A DNA stretch of 59,611 nucleotides, the filler included, from Sluysia triapertura (Eukaryota), in NCBI GenBank assembly GCA_046118255.1. It is 4 parts of 4 records of this genome, joined end to end, with 100 filler letters (N's around TTAATTAATTAA, not from the genome) between each part and the next. Parts side by side here need not be neighbours in the genome. Positions count along the whole stretch, not along the records: positions 39,663 to 59,611 come from JBJNIA010042133.1; 3 more parts are not named here. The stretch is one strand, 5' to 3'. Positions 53,291-59,611 of this stretch are shown piece by piece; the first letter of the stretch is position 1; each line of letters starts with the position of its first letter. Below the pieces are notes generated by a model. The model saw only the letters and a list, made by a program, of their open reading frames with translations, searched no databases and was not told where the DNA came from. The translations under genes and the position numbers were made by a program.

Positions 53291-53896
53291 GAATAAATTC
53301 TAAATAAACAGAAAGACGAGATAGAATTTCATATCTTGTACTATTTATCGATCCATTATCGACCAATTAAATAACGTTATAAATATTGATAAGAAACCGT
53401 TTATATTATAATTTTAATTTGAATGTAAATTTGTTCAAATTAAATTAAAGCATGGATTTTAATTAATGTTGCTTATTTTTATTCTTTAATTTTACAATTT
53501 TAATCTCGTAATTACCTAAAATAAAGTGGCCGAAATAAATTTCGTTATTAAAAATGATTTTAAATAGTTTTTTTCAAGTAAATACATATAATTCATAAAA
53601 TGTTCACTATAAATATACATTCCCAAACACGTAAATTACACCAATAAGATTTATCATAAAACATTCAAAACAAAGCATTTACAATCTCAACATTACATCC
53701 TCAATACTTCCTTGTTCATTTTAAAACCAATTCTATTATAATCTTAAACAACATTCATCAGTCAACTTAGAATTAGTACTTCCGACAATCTTTAGTACAA
53801 CTTTAACTATATTAGTGTTCTTTCATTTTATGATATTTCTGAATAATAATTATAATGATACTAAATTAAAATAAATAATATATATTTATAACAGTA

Positions 53897-53913
53897 ACAA
53901 CAACAACAACAAC

Positions 53914-53949
<36 letters not shown>

Positions 53950-53950
53950 C
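53897..53950. repeat. (AAC)n(AAT)n compound microsatellite
   Basis: Directly visible. Confidence 0.9.
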
Positions 53951-54179
53951 ATCATTCTTATCACAATTTGTTATTTAAAACTAAACGTACCACGACCGGT
54001 CAAATGACCGTTTTCAGTTTTTACTTTAAAAAATACTATGAAAATTTATTGTTTTTTATCATTTTATAATATGACTTTTAATTTTATATATATATATATA
54101 TCAAGGAATCACCAAATATCAATTCGACATTGTCGTAGATCAAATGTTTCAAATTTATATGGATTTAGATAAGTTGCTG

Positions 54180-55135
54180 TGTTCTCATAAAAGACCAATT
54201 GGTGAAATTCTAACAAAATTCTAAGAATTTTCCATCTTTAGCAGTAGAAGGTTTTAAAAATAAATAGGAGTACTTTGTGAGTATTGTTTTTATATTCCGT
54301 TATTTAGAACAAAAAGTAGGAAATTACAAAGAATTAAATTCAAAATGATTTATGACGAACTCAGTGATTTGATTTCGTGTACACACTTACTCTACGATAA
54401 TCCTGTGTCTTTTAATATTAGTACGACATGCAATGATTTAATTATCGAAACGAACTCATAGGTACGAAATATAGGTTGTTATATGGATTCAAAAATGAAC
54501 ATGGAAAAAAAATATTAATTCTATTGTAAATATCAATTAAATAAAATATCACATATATATTAATAAATTTATTGATAAAGAAACAGCTAAACTTATTGTT
54601 CATCCATTGATAACTAGCAACATAGATTTTAACAATGGTTTGTTGTACTCAATTTCATATAGAAAAGTGAAAAATTACAATTAATAATTAATCAAGCATC
54701 AAAACTAATTCTCCAAATTGGAAGATATTATGTAACACCTTACCTTAAGGAATTGCATTGGTTGCTAATAAAAGCAAGAATAGAATTTAAAATCATGACA
54801 ATAATTTACAAATGCTTAAATTACGGAAGGCCCCGATATCTTTTGGAAATAATACGAAAATTTGAAAGGAAGATGAATATTTCATTGAGGCATGATAAAC
54901 TATACAGAATCCACTGTGATAACAAGCTAGGTGATAGGTTTTATACCATTTATGTCTCAAAAAAATACAATCAGTGACCAGAGAATGTCAAATTATTGGA
55001 AGATTATGAAATATTTAAGAAAAAGTAAAGTTCTTTCTGTAACAGAGATATTATGGTGAATGATTTATCTTAAGCGCTTTTGAGAATATCTCCTCGGTAG
55101 ATATGAGTGCAATGTAAATTAATATATTGTTATTA
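54180..55135 (+). mobile_element. L2-clade LINE, 3' part of ORF2 and tail
   Basis: ETAKLIVHPLITSNIDFNNGLL..VTPYLKELHWLLIKARIEFKIMTIIYKCL...PRYL is the characteristic L2 C-terminus, followed by a GCGC..TAAAT..(ATT) 3' end. Confidence 0.88.
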
Positions 55136-55547
55136 TTTATCTGCTTTTTGTGTCAGCTTGTATTTGTTAACATTAACTATTTTTCTTTTATTAAAATTTC
55201 TTTTTTCCATTTAAACAGTGTATTTAGCTTTTTTTGCTATCAAGTATGATATATTTTTATCTAAATATCTTAAATTCGGTTTTTCATATGATTTAGATTT
55301 AAGTATTGGAGTACTTATTGTAATAAAGTCCTCTTAATTTATTATAAAGTAATAATTTTCCAATGAACCCAAATGTACATTTAACTAGTTACTTTCGAGT
55401 AATACATGAAAATTCAGGTAATGGCGTATTAAGTAAATAAATCTGTTTTTATTGAAAAAAATTAACTTATGGATCCGCGTGGTATCAATGCACACATAAT
55501 CCTCTTGGTAGACGGAAGGTTAGTTTAATTTTACAAGTTGATATTCA

Positions 55548-56276
55548 AAAATACCGGTATGTAAGTTGACTGTTTCATTACCATCCTCATTATTCTCATC
55601 ATCTTTGGACAATAAAAGTCCTTGCTGTAGTACTAGTAAATTAGATAATATAGTTTGATTTGTAAAATTTATCCCTTACATAGTTAACAAAATTATTTAA
55701 CCTACTTATATTTAAAACTTTAAAATGTTTAAAAAATTTACTAAAATTTAGAAATAGTTTCAGCAGGTTTAGAATTTAATATTTAAAATGCAAAAATTAC
55801 CCAAATACATCGTTACCTTTTCAAGGCTTATGAAATTATATTACCAATCCTGTTCATTTGTTAATTTAATGATATTCCATGCGATTCATAAGTTTTCGTC
55901 TTTAAAACTAAAATAAAACAACACTAAGAACAAACTAAATATATTGAGTTACTTTAATGCACAACAAAATGCAATAACGGTAAATAACAAGCAATTTCAT
56001 ATGTTAGTATAATTTGTTATTGTGTTTTGTTTTAGTTTTAGAAACGGAGACTTATGAATCGCACGGTATACTTTGATTTATTTTTAAAAAGTATAAGCAT
56101 TGATAAATGCATTAAAATGTACCTAATTTATTGAACATAATTTCAGAAACACGTCAACAATAGTAACAGTGACAAAATACCGGTATGTAAGTTGACTGTT
56201 TCATTACCATCCTCATCATTTTCATCATCTTTGGACAATAAAAGCCCTTGCTGTAGTACTAGTAAATTAGATAATA
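55548..56276. repeat. 103-bp direct duplication (55548-55650 and 56174-56276) containing a candidate minus-strand exon
   Basis: Three mismatches between the copies; offset 626 bp. Confidence 0.95.
55873..56070. mobile_element. Tc1/mariner-like MITE with ~50-bp inverted ends
   Basis: CCATGCGATTCATAAGTTTTCGTCTTTAAAACTAAAATAAAACA versus TGTTTTGTTTTAGTTTTAGAAACGGAGACTTATGAATCGCACGG; TA at the flanks. Confidence 0.75.
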
Positions 56277-56801
56277 AAGTTTGCGGAATTAAAAAATGTA
56301 GTACTATTGCCATGGCATCTAACTTCTTTTCCGAATCGCCACACTTCAGTATTGCAAATGATGCAGCTTCTTGTAGTTATGCAGTTACTAATAAAAAAAC
56401 CCATATTAATTCAAATGGTATGGTTATTTTTATAAATACATATATTAATAACTCTTTCGTAGTTGCAAGTAGTTCTATAGAAACCAACAGAGATATTAGT
56501 TCAAGCAGTAGCGGTACTCAAGTAAATGTTCAAAATTTAACGGTCGAATGTCATGAAGATTATTTATTGCGGCATATGCCAGAAAATATGCTTGGTTAGT
56601 AAAATATTAATTTAAAAAATTATTGAAATTGTTGATTACTTTTTACTAAGGACAGGATATTTGTTATTGAGTTACGTTTGTTACATCGAAAAGTTATTTC
56701 AAATATTTGTTGAAATTTAAACCTTTGAAAAGAATAATATTTTATGCAAGTTTAACATTTAAATGAGATGTGTGAATGTATCAGTAATTATAAATCTAGA
56801 C

Positions 56802-59023
56802 TAGTGGTGTCAAACACGCGGCCGAAGCTTGATAACAATGTATAAAATAATTTTATTTTATGATTAGATTGAAATTAAACTATTTTAAAGCATTTGAATA
56901 TATCACCCATGGCATTTGCGCGCCCCTTTTGATTCAAGTCGCTAAGTCGGTAACATCGATAAAGTTGATCGTACCGAAGAGTCGTGCGATCGTTTTTGTC
57001 AGTTTCTTCGCAGTTGCAAATTGCAGGTATTATTTGCCTAATTTATTAAAACTCATCAAATTCATTAAGTTAGAGAGAATTCAAATTGGAGTAAAAATCA
57101 GATAAGTAATAATCAAAAAGGTAACAAAGTACGTGAAAAATCATAGTGACAGTGTTTCAAAACACGTACAATTAAATAAAATATTTAGAAAATTTGTTTA
57201 ATCATAGATTTTTGGCATAAAATCTTGATTAGGTATTTAATTTCTAAAGACATTTATATTGCATATAAATAAAATAATGTTTTTTATTTTTCAGAAAATA
57301 AAAATTGTCTGATTGTAAAAATAAAAAAAGATTTAAAACGCCATTATGACATGCATTCAGAATATAAGCAATATAAGGAAAAAATAAGAGAAAACATGTT
57401 AAAAAATTAACTTAAGTCACAACAACCATTTTTAAAAAATCATTTGAAAACTCCGAAGGTCGAGTTCAAACTAGTTTCATTATTTCGGAACTTATATCCA
57501 AACGTTCAAAATGTTTTACAGACGGTGTTAAGTGCAGATGTATTCTTTCAAAAAGTCAAAACTATTCAAGGCATTTCACTATCAAGAAATTGTGTTGCTG
57601 ATAGAATTAATGATATCGCTACTAATATTAGTCAAAATCTTCAAAATAATTTGAGAAATATTAAACACTTTTCTATTGCACTTGACGAAACTGCCGGCCA
57701 AGCACAACTTATTATCTTTATTCGTGCATGTGACAAAGATTTTACTGTGACAGAACAACTCCTCGATATTTAATCTCTTAAAAACAGCACCACAGGTCAA
57801 GACATTTGCATCTGTCGACGAGCTTTTAAGTAAATTTAATCTTTTATCTAAGTTAGGATGTGTAGCTACCGACGATGCTAAAGCAATAACAAGAATGAAA
57901 AGTGGATTTACAGCTAAATTATTAGCTAAACAACACGATGTTTTCCCGATAACTAATTTCATTGCATCATGCATGAGGAAATACTGTGTTCCAAAGTAAT
58001 AAAATCTATAAAAATACGATCTCGGGGTTTGAATCAACGACAATTTTCATCTTTACTGCCAGAAATCGAAAATAAACATGATGACTTAATTTATTATACA
58101 GAAGTGCGTTGGCCTTGCCACAAAATTTTGTTGCGGTTCTGGGAACATTGTAATGAAATCAAAACTTTCTTAGAAATGAAAGATCAGTCCAGTTGAACAA
58201 TTTAACAATAAATATTGGATGCCGGATTTCACCAATATTACACAACATTTAAATGAGTTAAATTTAAAACTTCAGGATCGAAATAAAGCTATCACACAGA
58301 TGTGGGAGTTTATTAAGGCATTTAAATTAAAACTCGCAATTTGGAAAAAAACAACTAAAATTTGTGATTTAGTTCATTTTCCCGTTTGTAAAAGTTATAA
58401 AGAATCGTATATTAATTGTAATTTTGTAAATATACTTCATATTTTGACGATCTGTTAGAATTTCAAATAAGATTTCACAGTTTTCAAGCTTGTTGTTCAA
58501 TGTCCCATTTTCGTATAATGCTGAAAAAGCAAGTAGCAAAATACAAATGTAGTTGGTAGAAATTCAGTGCAATGCGGCACTGCAAGAAAAATATAACGAA
58601 GTAGGCGTACCCGAGTTTTATTCGTATTTGCCTGAAAACTTTAATGAAATGCGACTGTTTGCTTCAAGATGTTCGGAAGTACGTATTTATGTGAGCAGCT
58701 TTTTTCTTTGCTAAAAATCAATAAATCGTCAGAGAGATTAAGGTTAACTAATGAGCATTTAGTTTCAGCATTAAGAACATCATTATCTCAAAACATAAGA
58801 CCTAACATTATTAAATTAGTTAGTGAGAAACGTTGTCAGTCTTCGTCGAAGCAATAATAACTTTTTGTACTTTTTTGTAATAAGCTTTTGCAATAAAACA
58901 GATAAATATAAACTTTGTATTTATTTATAAACTTTGAAACCAAGGTTAGATTTTGTTTGCGGCCCGCAAAATTTTCTGAACTAAATACTTTGCCCTCGTG
59001 TGTATGCGAGTTTGACACCACTG
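56802..59023 (+). mobile_element. Full-length hAT DNA transposon (Charlie/SPIN/GTF2IRD2-like transposase), inactivated
   Basis: TIRs TAGTGGTGTCAAACACGC / GCGAGTTTGACACCACTG. Motifs FSIALDE..AQLIIFIR, VATDDA, FHCIMHEE.LC, YYTEVRW and FGSTYLCEQLFS..RLTNEHL are split over several frames. Confidence 0.95.
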
Positions 59024-59151
59024 CTGTTCATGATGATGCTGATACCCTCTGATTGGCTTTTTGTACCATTTTAAATTAAACATGTGAACATCATTAAATA
59101 ATCATCCGGTTATACAAACTTAATAATGATTTCTAATCCCACCTTACTCAC

Positions 59152-59211
59152 GTTTAGAAGATCAACATTTGTATGTGCAGTCATTATACTTAAATCTGCT
59201 GCTGTAGCCAT
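59152..59211 (-). CDS. Candidate first coding exon MATAADLSIMTAHTNVDLLN of an unknown gene
   Basis: AAAATGG start context and a phase-0 GTGAGT donor. It may belong with the minus-strand exon-like segments at 55555-56600. Confidence 0.35.
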
Positions 59212-59611
59212 TTTATTTGATAGGTAATGAGTTTCAAGTGGTTTGAACTTTATTTTGCCTCAAACTATTTTTTAAACTAACATTTAAAATAAACATAAAA
59301 ATAAAAAATAAAAATAATTATCTTTTACTGTGTTAAACTATTGAAATTATATTATATATTTATATTTGTTCTTGTTCGTTGAAATATTGTCTTTTGTATT
59401 GCTAGGTTCAAATATTTAGGCTGTTGAATTGCACGAAGCTAACAAAATTAATGGCAAAGCATCCACCTAATTGTGGTCTATTGACAATACATCTAAGGAG
59501 CTCTTGAGAGTGCGATAACTATTGCTAGTATTTCCTTATACTTAACAAATTATCTGATAGGTCGGTTCGCCTAATATATACGTTTTATACCAAACTTGGA
59601 GACGTATTATT

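Noticed and set aside
56192-56599. 135-aa Ser-rich plus-strand ORF
   Set aside because: The minus strand has the splice signals and the synonymous-change pattern; the plus ORF looks like a shadow.

Overview
This is very AT-rich, intron-containing eukaryotic DNA, probably from an invertebrate (inferred from the gene and transposon families present), with four assembly gaps. The clearest gene is an atlastin-like dynamin-superfamily GTPase on + with two well-defined exons (30991-31956 and 35367-35642); no exon for the usual transmembrane hairpin was found. An intact alpha-carbonic-anhydrase exon (45261-45370, -) and a few exons of unknown genes are also present. Most of the remainder is decayed transposons: a full-length but frameshifted hAT element (56802-59023), Ty3/gypsy gag, pol and possible env remnants with a dispersed LTR-like family, L2/CR1 and L1/Tx1 LINE pieces, and MITEs. 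There is also a dense set of short, stop-riddled fragments of unrelated host genes (M1 aminopeptidase, sugar transporter, IRAK4/Tube, BTB-BACK, LRR, RFC). The most curious non-coding items are a TG-started repeat carrying an internal tRNA-like Pol III unit (two copies) and an array of bulged-A hairpins about 1 kb upstream of the GTPase. All family assignments come from manual translation and recalled motifs; no database search was run.
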